Below are positions 53,980 through 64,000 of a DNA stretch of 64,000 nucleotides, piece by piece (within the stretch, counting starts at the first letter, position 1; each line of letters begins with the position of its first letter). The translations under genes and the position numbers were made by a program. This DNA is from Centroscyllium fabricii (Eukaryota), in the NCBI GenBank assembly GCA_051313645.2, contig JBNRSN020000014.1:8184001-8248000 (forward strand), in the 5' to 3' direction. The notes beneath the pieces are model-generated. The model saw only the letters and a list, made by a program, of their open reading frames with translations, did not search any database and had not been told where the DNA came from.

Positions 53980-55457
53980 CCTCTGACAGTGCGGCGCTCC
54001 CTCAGTACTGCCCCTCCGACAGTGCGGCGCTCCCTCAGTACTGCCCTCCGACAGTGCGGCGCTCCCTCAGTACTGCTCCTCCGACAGTGCGGCGGTCCCT
54101 CAGTACTGCCCCTCCGGCAGTGCGGCGCTCCCTCAGTACTGCCCCTTCGACAGTGCGGCACTCCCTCAGTACTGCCCCTCCCACAGTGCGGCGCTCCCTC
54201 AGTACTGCTCCTCCGGACAGTGCGGCGCTCCATCAGTACTGACCCTCCGACAGTGCAGCACTCCCTCAGTACTGCCCCCCCAGACAGTGCAGCACTCCCT
54301 CAGTACTGCCCCTCCAACAGTGCAGTGCTCCCTCAGTACAGACCCACCGACAGTGCGGCTCTCCCTCAGTACTGACCCTCCGACAGTGCAGCACTCCCTC
54401 AGTACTGCCCCCCCAGACAGTGCAGCGCTCCCTCAGTACTGCCCCTCCGACAGTGCGGCTCTCCCTCAGTACTGACCCTCCGACAGTGCGGCACTCCCTC
54501 AGTACAGCCCCTCCGACAGTGTGGCTCTCCCTCAGTACTGCCCCTCCGACAGTGCATGCTCCCTCAGTACTGACCCTCTGACAGTGCGGCGCTCCCTCAG
54601 TACTGACTCTCCAACAGTGCGGCGCTCCCTCATTACTGACCCTCCGACAGTGCGGTGCTCCCTCAGTACTGACCCTCCGACAGTGCGGCACTCCCTCAGT
54701 ACTGCCCCTCCGACAGTGCGGCACTCCCTCAGTACTGCCCCTCCGACAGTGCGGCGCTCCCTCAGTACTGCCCCTCCGACAGTGCGGCAATCCCTCAGTA
54801 CTGACCCTCCGACCGGCGCCCCTCAGTACAGCCCCTCCGACAGTGCGGCGCTCCCTCAGTACTGACTCTCCAACAGTGCGGCGCTCCCTCAGTACTGACC
54901 CTCCGACAGTGCGGCGATCCCTCAGTACTGACTCTCCAACAGTGCGGCGCTCCTTCAGTACTGACCCTCCGACAGTGCGGCGCTCCCTCAGTACTGACCC
55001 TCCGACAGTGCGGCACTCCCTCAGTACTGCCCCTCCGACAGTGCGGCGCTCCCTCAGTACTGACTCTCCAACAGTGCGGCGCTCCCTCAGTACTGACCCT
55101 CCGACAGTGCGGCGATCCCTCAGTACTGACTCTCCAACAGTGCGGCGCTCCCTCAGTACTGACCCTCCGACAGTGCGGCGCTCCCTCAGTACTGACTCTC
55201 CAACAGTGCGGCGCTCCCTCAGTACTGACCCTCCGACAGTGCGGCGCTCCCTCAGTACTGACCCTCCGACAGTGCGGCACTCCCTCAGTACTGCCCCTCC
55301 GACAGTGCGGCGCTCCCTCAGTACTGACCCTCCGACAGTGCGGCACTCCCTCAGTACTGACCCTCCGACAGTGCGGCGATCCCTCAGTACTGACCCTCCG
55401 ACCGGCGCCCCTCAGTACTGACCCTCCGACAGTGCGGCACTCCTTCAGTACTGACAC
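53980..55457. repeat. 33-bp minisatellite (about 45 units) inside a Deu-SINE (53668-55563)
   Basis: Same unit, with variant types gcccctcc/gaccctcc/gactctccaa. Confidence 0.95.
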
Positions 55458-55655
55458 TGGGAGTGTTAGCCTGGATTTTTGTGCTCAAGTTTCTGGACTG
55501 GGACTTGAACCCACAACCTTCTGACTCAGAGGCGAGAGTGCCGCCCACTGATCCACGGCCGACTCTACGAATCCGTGGACGGAAAAAGAAAAGAAAAAAT
55601 AATATTTGGGAGTTAGTGAGAAATGCCGGTGGTCTGACACTGTTGATCTACTTAC

Positions 55656-55762
55656 ACTGCCTGCTCACCCAGCTCATCTCCTATTCGCCCCGACATGTTC
55701 TTGAGGACCCCAATGCTGCCCGACACCAGCTCCAGTTGATCGTCCTGTTGCTCCACTATCAG
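55656..55762 (-). CDS. STX10: Syntaxin-10 exon, 107 nt (Qc-SNARE motif)
   Basis: [36 protein letters not shown]. Acceptor tgtacag; donor gtaagt. Confidence 0.92.
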
Positions 55763-57139
55763 CTGTACAGACACCAAGGGTCACAGTTACATCACCACTC
55801 AGCTCAAACCCGTCACACTGGGTTCCAGAAAAATAACAATCCTTTCTGTGCATGTTTAACACCGGTCTCTCTTTTTTGGGCACCATTTTAAAAACATTTT
55901 TTTAATTCATTCTGGGGATGTGGGCGTCACTGACAAGGCCAGCATTTATTGCCCATCCCTAATTGCCCTCGAGAAGGTGGTGGTGAGCCACCTTCTTGAA
56001 CCGCTGCAGTCCGTGTGGTGAAGGTGCGCCCACAGTGCTGTTAGGGAGGGAGTTCCAGGATTTTGACCCAGCGACGATGAAGGATCGGCCGATATACTTC
56101 CAAGTGAGGATGGTGTGTGACTCGGAGGGGAACTTGCAGGTGGTGGTGTTCCCCAGGCGCCTGCTGCCCTTGTCCTCCTAGGTGGAAGAGGTCGAGGTTT
56201 GGGAGGTGCTGTCGAAGAGTTGAGGCGAATAGTATGGATGCATTTAAGGGAAAATAGATAAACACACGAGGGAGGAAGGAGTAGAGGGTTGTGCGGATAG
56301 AGTGAGCTGAAGAGTGGTGGGGGGGCTCATGTGGAGCAGAAACACTAGCATAGAACTGTTGGGCCGAACGGCCTGGGTCTGTGCTGTGATGTCATTCCAT
56401 GTGAAGTATTGTCACATCACATGAGCCAAGCCGTCACATGCCAGAGCAGATTCCAAAATGCACCAATTAAATTGTCAACAAAGTTGCAAGTGGGCATGAA
56501 GTTATACCCAGGCCCCTCCCAGAAAATCAACCTTGTGCCGTCAGCAATCACATTCCCTAAAAACCGAAGACACAGGAGCCGGAGGAGGCCCATTACTGCT
56601 GCACACCATCAGCGCTGGAACGCTGCTTCACCATTGGTCAGAAGGAGGTCCACAATAGGACCGCCCCTCCCCCACGTAAATTCAGACCATAAATCAGAGA
56701 GTCCTGATCTGGACGGTCGCACCCCTGATCCTGGATCTAGTGCGTGCACTGACTCTATTCTAGACCTGTGCGGGGTCGGCTAATCTGTGCAGAACTGGTG
56801 GGAGGAGGGGGAGGGTATAATTCGGTGTTCACACTGCGACTCCCAGGAGAGTTGGCAGCACTGCCTTAACCTTTTAAAATTCTCATCCTTGTGTTCAAAT
56901 CGCTCCATGGCCTCGCCCCCGCCCCCCCGCCCCCGCACTCCCCATTTCTGTAATCTCCTCCAGCCCCACAATCCCATCCCCCGCCACCCCGAGATCTCTG
57001 CACTCCTCTAATTCTGGCCTCTTGCGCATCCCCCGATTATAATCGCTCCACCATTGGCGGCCGTGCCTTCAGCTGCCTGGGCCCCAAGCTCTGGAATTCC
57101 CTCCCTAAACCTCTCCGCCTCTCTCTCCTCCTTTAAGAC

Positions 57140-58445
57140 ACAGAAACATAGAAGATAGGAGCAGGAGTCGGCCATTCGGCCCCTCGAGCGATTCAATGAG
57201 ATCATGGCTGATCATCCAAACTCAGTACCCTCTCCCTGCCTTCTCCCCATATCCCTTGATCCCTTTAGCCTGAAGAAATATATCCAACTCCTTCTTGAAT
57301 ATATTTAATGAATTGGCCTCAACTGCCTTCTGTGGTAGAGAATTCCACAAGTTCACCACTCTCTGGGTGAAGAAATTCCCTCTCATCTCTGTCCTAAATG
57401 GCTTACCCCTTATCCTTAGACTGTGACCCCTGGTTCTGGACTCCCTGACCATTGGGAACATCCTTCCTGCATCTAGTCTGTCCAGACGCTCCTTAAAACC
57501 GGCCTCTTTGACCCAGCTTTTAGTCACCTGTCTTATTATCTCCATATGTGGCTCGGTGTCAAACTTTGTTTTATAATCGCTCCTGTGAAGCGCCCTGGGA
57601 CGTTTTACTATGTTAAAGGCGCTATATGAATACAGGTTGCCTCTTAACTCATCCTTCCCCATGATTACAAACTGCAGTGCTCCTCACGTCCTTTGCCCCT
57701 ATAATGCACAGGATCTTAAACCCCAACCCCTCTCCCACTCTGTTGCAACGAGACCTGGGTGTCCTTGTGCACCAGTTGCTGAAGGTAAGCATGCAGGTGC
57801 AGAAGGCGGTTAAGAAGGCAAATGATATGTCGGGCTTCATAGCGAGATGGTTTGAGTACAGGAACAAGGATGTCCTGCTGCAGTTGTACAGGGCATTGGT
57901 GAGACCGCATCTTGAGTATTGTGTGCAGTTTTGGTCGCCTTATCTGAGGAAGGACGTCCTTGCCATGGAAGGAGTGCAGCGAAGATTCACCAGACTGATA
58001 CCTGGGTTGGCAGGAATGACGTATGAGGAGAGATGGGGTCGATTGGGCTTATACTCGCTGGAGTTTAGAAGAATGAGGGGTGATATCATTGAAACTTATA
58101 AAATTCTAACAGGACTTGACAGACTAGATGCAGGAAGGATGTTCCCGATGGCGGGGGAGTCCAGAACCAGGGGTCACAGTCTAAGGATAAGGGGTAAGCC
58201 TATTAGGACAGAGATGAAGAGGAATTTCTTCACCCAGAGAGTGGTGAACCTGTGGAATTCTTTCTATGTTTCTATATTTAAGGAGTTGGATATAGTTCTT
58301 GAGGCTAAAGGGATCAAGGGATATGGGGAGAAGGCAGGGACAGGGTACTGGGTTTGGATGATCAGCCATGATCTCATTGAATGGCGGAGCAGGCTCGAGG
58401 GGCCGAATGGCTGACTCCTGCTCCTATCTTCTATGTTTCTATGTT
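57140..58445. mobile_element. Two CR1 fragments (57140-57486 -, 57744-58445 +) around an L2 tail
   Basis: ORFs 57222-57662 and 57677-58414. Confidence 0.85.
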
Positions 58446-58514
58446 TTCCCACATTTTGGGCCTGGGTTTCTGAGCTTCTCGAGTGAGAGATAAACCCCGT
58501 GATGGAGTACGTAC

Positions 58515-58631
58515 ACGCTGCTGTGTTTGCTGCTCCTCGATGTACTGGGAGTTTACAGTCTCCAGCTCCTGGTCCAGGCGCCTGTATCGATCCATGGGCT
58601 TCTGTTGGTTTTCAATGCCTGCAAGCAAGCT
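58515..58631 (-). CDS. STX10: Syntaxin-10 exon, 117 nt (linker before SNARE motif)
   Basis: SLLAGIENQQKPMDRYRRLDQELETVNSQYIEEQQTQQR. Acceptor ttgttgtag; donor gtacgt. Confidence 0.85.
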
Positions 58632-58837
58632 CTACAACAACAGCAAGAGTAGGTCAGGCATAGCTTTCTCTGCTACCGTCCGTCACACGCACATTGATGG
58701 TAGGCAAGGGTTACAATGATCAACAATTCATCGTAAAAATAACAGAGTGCCTGAGGTCAGGCAATTCTTCAACCTACATGAAAACTGGCATAGGTTTCAA
58801 GAAATACCTACTGAAACTCAAAGTCACTTCATTCATT

Positions 58838-59152
58838 CATAGAATCATAGAATCCCTACAGTGCAGATAGAGGCCATTTCAGCCCATCGAGCCTGCACCG
58901 ACACATATCCCACCCTATCCCCGTAACCCCACATATTCAATCACCCTAACACTAAGGGTCAATTTATCATGGCCAATCAACCTAACCCGCACATCTTTGG
59001 ACTGTGGGAGGAAACCGGAGCACCCGGAGGAAACCCATGCAGACACGGGGAGAATGTGCAAACTCCACACAGATAGTACCCGAGGCTGGATTTGAACCCG
59101 AGTCTCCAGTGCTGTGAGACAACAGTGCTAACCACTATGCCACCGTGCCGCC
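58838..59152 (-). mobile_element. HE1-type V-SINE
   Basis: Reverse copy of the 59599 element. Confidence 0.85.
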
Positions 59153-59598
59153 CTCATCTTAAAGCTCATTGGGCCCATCGTGCCTGTGCCGGCACTTGAA
59201 TGAGCTCTCCAATCAGTCCCATTCCCCCCCGGCTCTTTCCCCGCAGCCCTGAACATTTCTCCTTTTCAGGTATTTCTCCAATTTCCCTTTTGAAAGTTAC
59301 TCTTGAATCTGCTTCCACCGCCTGTTCAGGCAGCGCGTTCCAGATCACAACAACTCGCTGCGATAAAAATAATTCTCATCTCCCCCCCCTGGCTATTTTT
59401 CCAATTACTTTAAATCCGTGTCCTCTGGTTACCGACCCCTCTGCCACTGGAAACCGTTTCTCCCTATTTATCAAAACCCTTTCTTGATTTTGAACGCCTC
59501 TATTAAACCTCCCTTTAACCTTCTCTGCTGGAAGATGAACAATCCCAGCTTCTCCAGTCTCTCCACATAACAGAAGTGAGGGAGTGCCAACTCAATTG

Positions 59599-59957
59599 GG
59601 CGGCACGGTGACATAGTGGTTAGCACTGTTGTCTCACAGCACTGGAGACCCGGGTTCAAATCCGGCCTCGGGTGACTATCTGTGTGGAGTTTGCACATTC
59701 TCCCCGTGTCTGCGTGGGTTTCCTCCGGGTGCTCCGGTTTCCTCCCACAGTCCAAAGATGTGCGGGTTAGGTTGATTGGCCAGGATAAATTGACCCTTAG
59801 TGTTAGGGGGATTGAATATGTGGGGTTACGGGGATAGGGTGGGAATATGTGGGGTTACGGGGATAGGGTGGGATATGCGTCGGTGCAGGGTCGATGGGCC
59901 GAAATCGCCTCTATATGCACTGTAGGGATTCTATGATTCTATGATTCTTCTATGATT
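59599..59957 (+). mobile_element. HE1-type V-SINE, full length
   Basis: tRNA head (gtggttagc A box, ggttcaaatcc B box), V domain gtggagtttgcacattctccccgtgtctgcgtgggtttcc, (attctatg)n tail. Confidence 0.85.
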
Positions 59958-60448
59958 CAATTTATTCCCTCGTCGCTGCGTCACTTACAGAGCTTCAAAT
60001 TATTCAATAATTCAATACCTCTAGTTCTCGGATGCACATGGAGCTCACCGCCTGCGATTAGTGGGTGAACTTGGCAGACTCCTGCTCTCTCTGGTTTAGC
60101 ACCGAGCTGGTACTGAAGCTGAGCGCTGGAGTCCTCCACGTGAAAATCCCAGTCTGTGCCTCAGACACCTGGGCGAGAAAATCAGCCCGCACCCCCGTTC
60201 CTAATCACTATCCAATCACCCCTGCTGATGTTGGATGAAGATAAGACCAGGCTCGCTGTGATGCTCACTGCAGTTCAATAGTTGTACGACGCTCCTTGTC
60301 TCAGCTCCCACTTGGGCAAGAGAGCAGAGGTCTGCTGGTGGGGGGGGGGCGCGGGGGGGTGTAGAACTGAACCCGCACGAGACTCCACTACCGACAGGAG
60401 GCGGAGAGTGGAATTCAAACAACACAGGACAGACGTGAAGACGCTCAC

Positions 60449-60511
60449 CTGTCGGTTTCTCCTCTCGCCAAAGGCAACGGCAGAAGGGCTTGAAATGTGG
60501 TCTTTCATTTC
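60449..60511 (-). CDS. STX10: Syntaxin-10 exon, 63 nt
   Basis: EMKDHISSPSAVAFGERRNRQ, closer to STX10 (EMKDHMVSPTAVAF...) than to STX6; ag/gt boundaries. Confidence 0.88.
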
Positions 60512-61417
60512 CTGGTGACACAAAGTAAAGGTTAGTTAGAAGCACTGAGCATCCGCAGCAATCCACCGGAGATTCTCTCTCGTCAACCTTGCAGTTCGCT
60601 GCCTCCAGGGTGTGGTGGATTAAGACGCAAGAAGGTCCCCAGGCTCAATCCCTGATGGTTCGGTCGCTACAAATACCCGCACTGCAGGTTGAGAAGAGGG
60701 GAAACCAGCCAAGGTTCCTGTTCTTGTGTGTTATCTCTGCTGGAAAGCGCACAGCTGTAGGAGAGGACTGGGGCTTGGCTGTGATGTTCAGCCCCCCGTA
60801 GTCGAATAGCCCAGCAACGCTCACTATCTGGGGCTCACACATGGACAGCTGGACCACACGACAGGGGCTACCAGCCACTAGATGCAGGCCCCAAACCAAA
60901 ACAGCTCCCTCACAGGTAGAACTGGCAAAGCACTGCCTGAAAGGGCGGTGAAATCAGATTCAATAATAATTTTCAAAAGGGAATTGGATAAATTGAAAAG
61001 AAAACATTCGCAGGGCTCTGGGGAAAGATCAGGTGAGTGGGACTATTTGGAGAGCTCGTTCAAAGAGCCGGCACTGGCACGATGGGCCGAATGGCCTCCT
61101 CCTGTGCAGAATGATTCTATACCACTGTTCTATAATCAGCCTGAGAACTGACGTCAGGACCGGACTCTGATCCTGGGGCTCAGAAAGCAGGATAAACACA
61201 GGGGGGAAATCATCACAGAATCCCACAACCAGATACCACCCCCATTATTCAAAACCACCCAAACTAAGAATTACTCAGAGGTTAAATGTCACACACTGTG
61301 GCAAATATTTGCTCTCAATCATCCTCGACTCGCGGCCGAGACCAGCTAACAGCACCGTGACGGGGTCAAACATCCTCGCGGCAAGGCTCAAAGCCAGACA
61401 CCCAGGTACAGAAGGGA

Positions 61418-61765
61418 CATAGGAACAGGAGGAGGCCACTCAGCCCCTCGAGCCTGTTACCATAGGAACAGAAGGAGGCCCATTCAGCCCCTCGAGCCTG
61501 TTACCATAGGAACAGGAGGAGGCCCATTCAGCCTCTCGAGCCTGTTACCATAGGAACAGGAGGAGGCCATTCAGCCCCTCGAGCCTGTTACCATAGGAAC
61601 CGGAGGAGGCCCATTCAGCCTCTCGAGCCTGTTACCATAGGAACAGGAGGAGGCCCATTCAGCCCCTCGAGCCTGTTACCATAGGAACAGGAGGAGGCCC
61701 ATTCAGCCCCTCGAGCCTGTTACCATAGGAACAGGAGGAGGCCATTCAGCCCCTCGAGCCTGTTC
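61418..61765. repeat. 43-44-bp tandem (8 units) of a CR1 3' terminus
   Basis: Unit cataggaacaggaggaggcccattcagcccctcgagcctgttac. Confidence 0.95.
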
Positions 61766-62535
61766 TGCCATTCAGTTCGATCATGGCCGATCTGTATCTT
61801 AGTTCCATCTACCCGCCTTGGTGCCGTAACACTTAATCCCCTTACCCAACAAAAATCTATCAATCTCATTTTGAAATTTTCAATTGGTCCCCAACCTAGA
61901 AACATAGAAGATAGGAGCAGGAGTAGGCCATTCGGCCCTTCGAGCCTGCTCCGCCATTCAATGAGATCATGGCTGATCATCCAAACCCAGCACCCTGTCC
62001 CTGCCTTCTCCCCATATCCCCATCGAGCCTGCACCGACACATATCCCACCCTATCCCTGTAACCCCACCTATTCAATCCCCCTAACACTAAGGGTCAATT
62101 TATCCTGGCCAATCAACCTAACCCGCACATCTTTGGACTGTGGGAGGAAACCGGAGCACCCGGAGGAAACCCACGTAGACACGGGGAGAATGTGCAAACT
62201 CCACACAGATAGTACCCGAGGCTGGATTTGAACCCGGGCCTCTAGTGCTGTAAGGCAACAGTGCTAACCACTATGCCACCGTGCCGCCCTCAACAGCTTT
62301 TTGCGTGGAGAGAGTTCCCGATTTCCACCTACCCTTTGTGTGAAGAAGTGCTTCCTGACATCACCCCTGAATGGCCTGGCTTTCATTTTAAGGTGATGCC
62401 CCCTTGTTCTGGACTCCCCCCCGCCCCACCAGAGGAAATAGTTTCTCTCGATCCACCCGATCGAATCCTTGATCCACTGCGCGGTGACCCTGGGTGCGTT
62501 CAGCAGTGCCCCCCCCCCGCCGTGTTGTACGCTAC

Positions 62536-62630
62536 CTTCACGGTTTCTCTGGTTTTGACGACAAACGCTTTCCTCTCGTACAGTTCTGCAGTCTCGATCT
62601 TGAACTTCCGAGGGTTCGATTCCACAATGC
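62536..62630 (-). CDS. STX10: Syntaxin-10 exon (Habc region), 95 nt, preceded by an AC-ending intron
   Basis: IVESNPRKFKIETAELYERKAFVVKTRETVK; donor AAG|gtagcg. Upstream minus-strand sequence is ctcccttaactgttgcaaac. Confidence 0.85.
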
Positions 62631-62650
62631 GTTTGCAACAGTTAAGGGAG
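62631..62650 (-). promoter_or_regulatory. U12-type branch point and AC 3' splice site
   Basis: Minus strand CTCCCTTAAC-tgttgcaa-AC|exon; matches the U12 branch consensus TCCTTAAC about 10 nt from the junction; no AG at the expected position. Confidence 0.8.
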
Positions 62651-63037
62651 AAAAAACAACACAGAAAGAAGACAGCGACAATAGCTCGGAGTCCCAGAGA
62701 ACATAACAGAAACAGTCAGGAGACTGTGACAGGGACAATTCCATCACAGGCACAGCGCCAGGACATCATTGATACACAGAGGACGATCAGATTCCAGTGA
62801 ATTACAACAGAATCAAACTTGGAATCACCGCAGTTTTGAATCACTTTGCAATACAGAAACTCCACTGAAGTCCCAAGGTGTGGCCTCCCAGAGCCCAGAA
62901 ACAGGATCAGTCCCTGTTAACCCCCAAATTCCCAATCCCGGGAATGTCGCCCACAAGGATGTGCTGAGGGTTCCAGAGGAGCTTCACACCTCTACATTTT
63001 AACACTGTATATTTTACAGGGCCTTTCACACACATCA

Positions 63038-63908
63038 ACATAGAAAATAGGAGCAGGAGTCGGCCATTCGGCCCCTCGAGCCTGCTCCGCCATTCAATGA
63101 GATCATGGCTGATCATCCAAACTCAGTACCCTGTCCCTGCCTTCTCCCCATATCCCTTTAGCCTTAAGAAATATATCTAACTCGTTCTTGAATATATTTA
63201 ATGAATTGGCCTCTACTGCCTTCTGTGGTAGAGAATTCCACAGGTTCACCACTCTCTGGGTGAAGAAATTCCTCCTCATCTCTGTCCTAAATGGTTTACC
63301 CCTTATCCTTAGACTGTGACCCCTGGTTCGGAACTCTCTGACCATCGGGAACATCCTTCCTGCATCTAGTCTGTCTAGTCCTGTTAGATTTTTATAAGTT
63401 TCAATGAGATCCCCTCTCATTCTTCTAAATTCCAGTGAGTATAAGCCCAATCGACCCAATCTCTCCTCATACATCATTCCTGCCATCCCAGGTATCAGTC
63501 TGGTGAATCTTCACTGCACTCCCTCCATGGCAAGAACACCCTTCCTCCGATAAGGTGACCAAAACTGCACACAGTACTCAAGGTGTGGTCTCACCAAGGC
63601 CCCGTACAGCTGCAGCAAGACATCCTTGCTCCTGTACTCGAACCCTCTCGCTGTGAAGGCCAACATACCATTTGCCTTCTTAACCGCCTGCTGTACCTGC
63701 ATGCTTACCTTCAGCGACTGGTGCACAAGGACACCCAGGTCTTGTTGCACTTCCCCTTCTCCCAATCTATTGCTATTCAGGTAATAATCTGCCTTCCTGT
63801 TTTTGACACCAAAGTAGATCACCTCGCATTTATCCACATTATACTGCATCTGCCCAATCACCCAATCTGCCCAATCACCCAATCTGTCCAATCACCCAAT
63901 CTGTCCAG
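63038..63908 (-). mobile_element. CR1 LINE 3' fragment
   Basis: ORFs 63103-63486 and 63511-63891. Confidence 0.9.
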
Positions 63909-64000
63909 GCACTTTATGCGGGCAGCAGGAAACAGGAGAGAAGTTAGGGGCGGTGATCAAAAGCCCGGTGAAGAGATTTTGAGGAGACTTTGAAAGGAGG

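Noticed and set aside
53980-55457. 33-bp repeats as a CRISPR array
   Set aside because: Units are contiguous with no unique spacers, there are no cas genes, and the context is a vertebrate SINE.
54266-55457. Long ORFs of (APHCRRGSTEG)n, (STAPPTVRRSL)n and similar
   Set aside because: A 33-bp unit stays open in several frames; there is no splice or homology support.
59599-59675. tRNA genes at SINE heads
   Set aside because: A/B boxes continue directly into SINE bodies in many copies.
60590-60860. Ancient SINE-like fragments (also about 4750-5000, 35210-35500 and 40690-40930)
   Set aside because: Probably real repeats, but too degraded to assign family or boundaries by eye.
51930-62630. Calling the syntaxin STX6
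   Set aside because: The SNARE exon is STX6-like, but the EMKDH..SP.AVAF segment, the LLFAL end and NACC1 adjacency favour STX10; a phylogeny would settle it.

Overview
Eukaryotic, repeat-dense vertebrate DNA. The HE1-type V-SINE, SacSINE/Deu-domain SINE, CR1 and Penelope content points to a cartilaginous fish (shark/ray). Two genes lie tail-to-tail. On +, NACC1 (BTB + BEN domain) has 5 coding exons from 16232 to 32904 that splice to 1476 nt / 491 aa. On -, syntaxin-10 (STX10) has six exons from 62630 to 51930, with its 5' exons beyond the window. The rest is nested retroelements (CR1, L2, Rex1/Babar, RTE, Vingi, Penelope, a solo LTR), at least two SINE families, Tc1/mariner- and hAT-type MITEs, and minisatellites that arose inside TEs. 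Most notable: (1) small TSD-flanked hairpin elements carrying Penelope-type minimal hammerhead ribozyme cores; (2) a U12-type (AT-AC-like) acceptor in STX10; (3) a 1-nt phase conflict at the last STX10 junction; (4) a 33-bp unit expanded to different copy numbers at one fixed site of a SINE family whose copies all lie on one strand; (5) a long SINE-derived palindrome in the putative NACC1 3' UTR. No CRISPR or prokaryotic system is present. Family names come from recalled consensus features, not database searches; TE boundaries are approximate.
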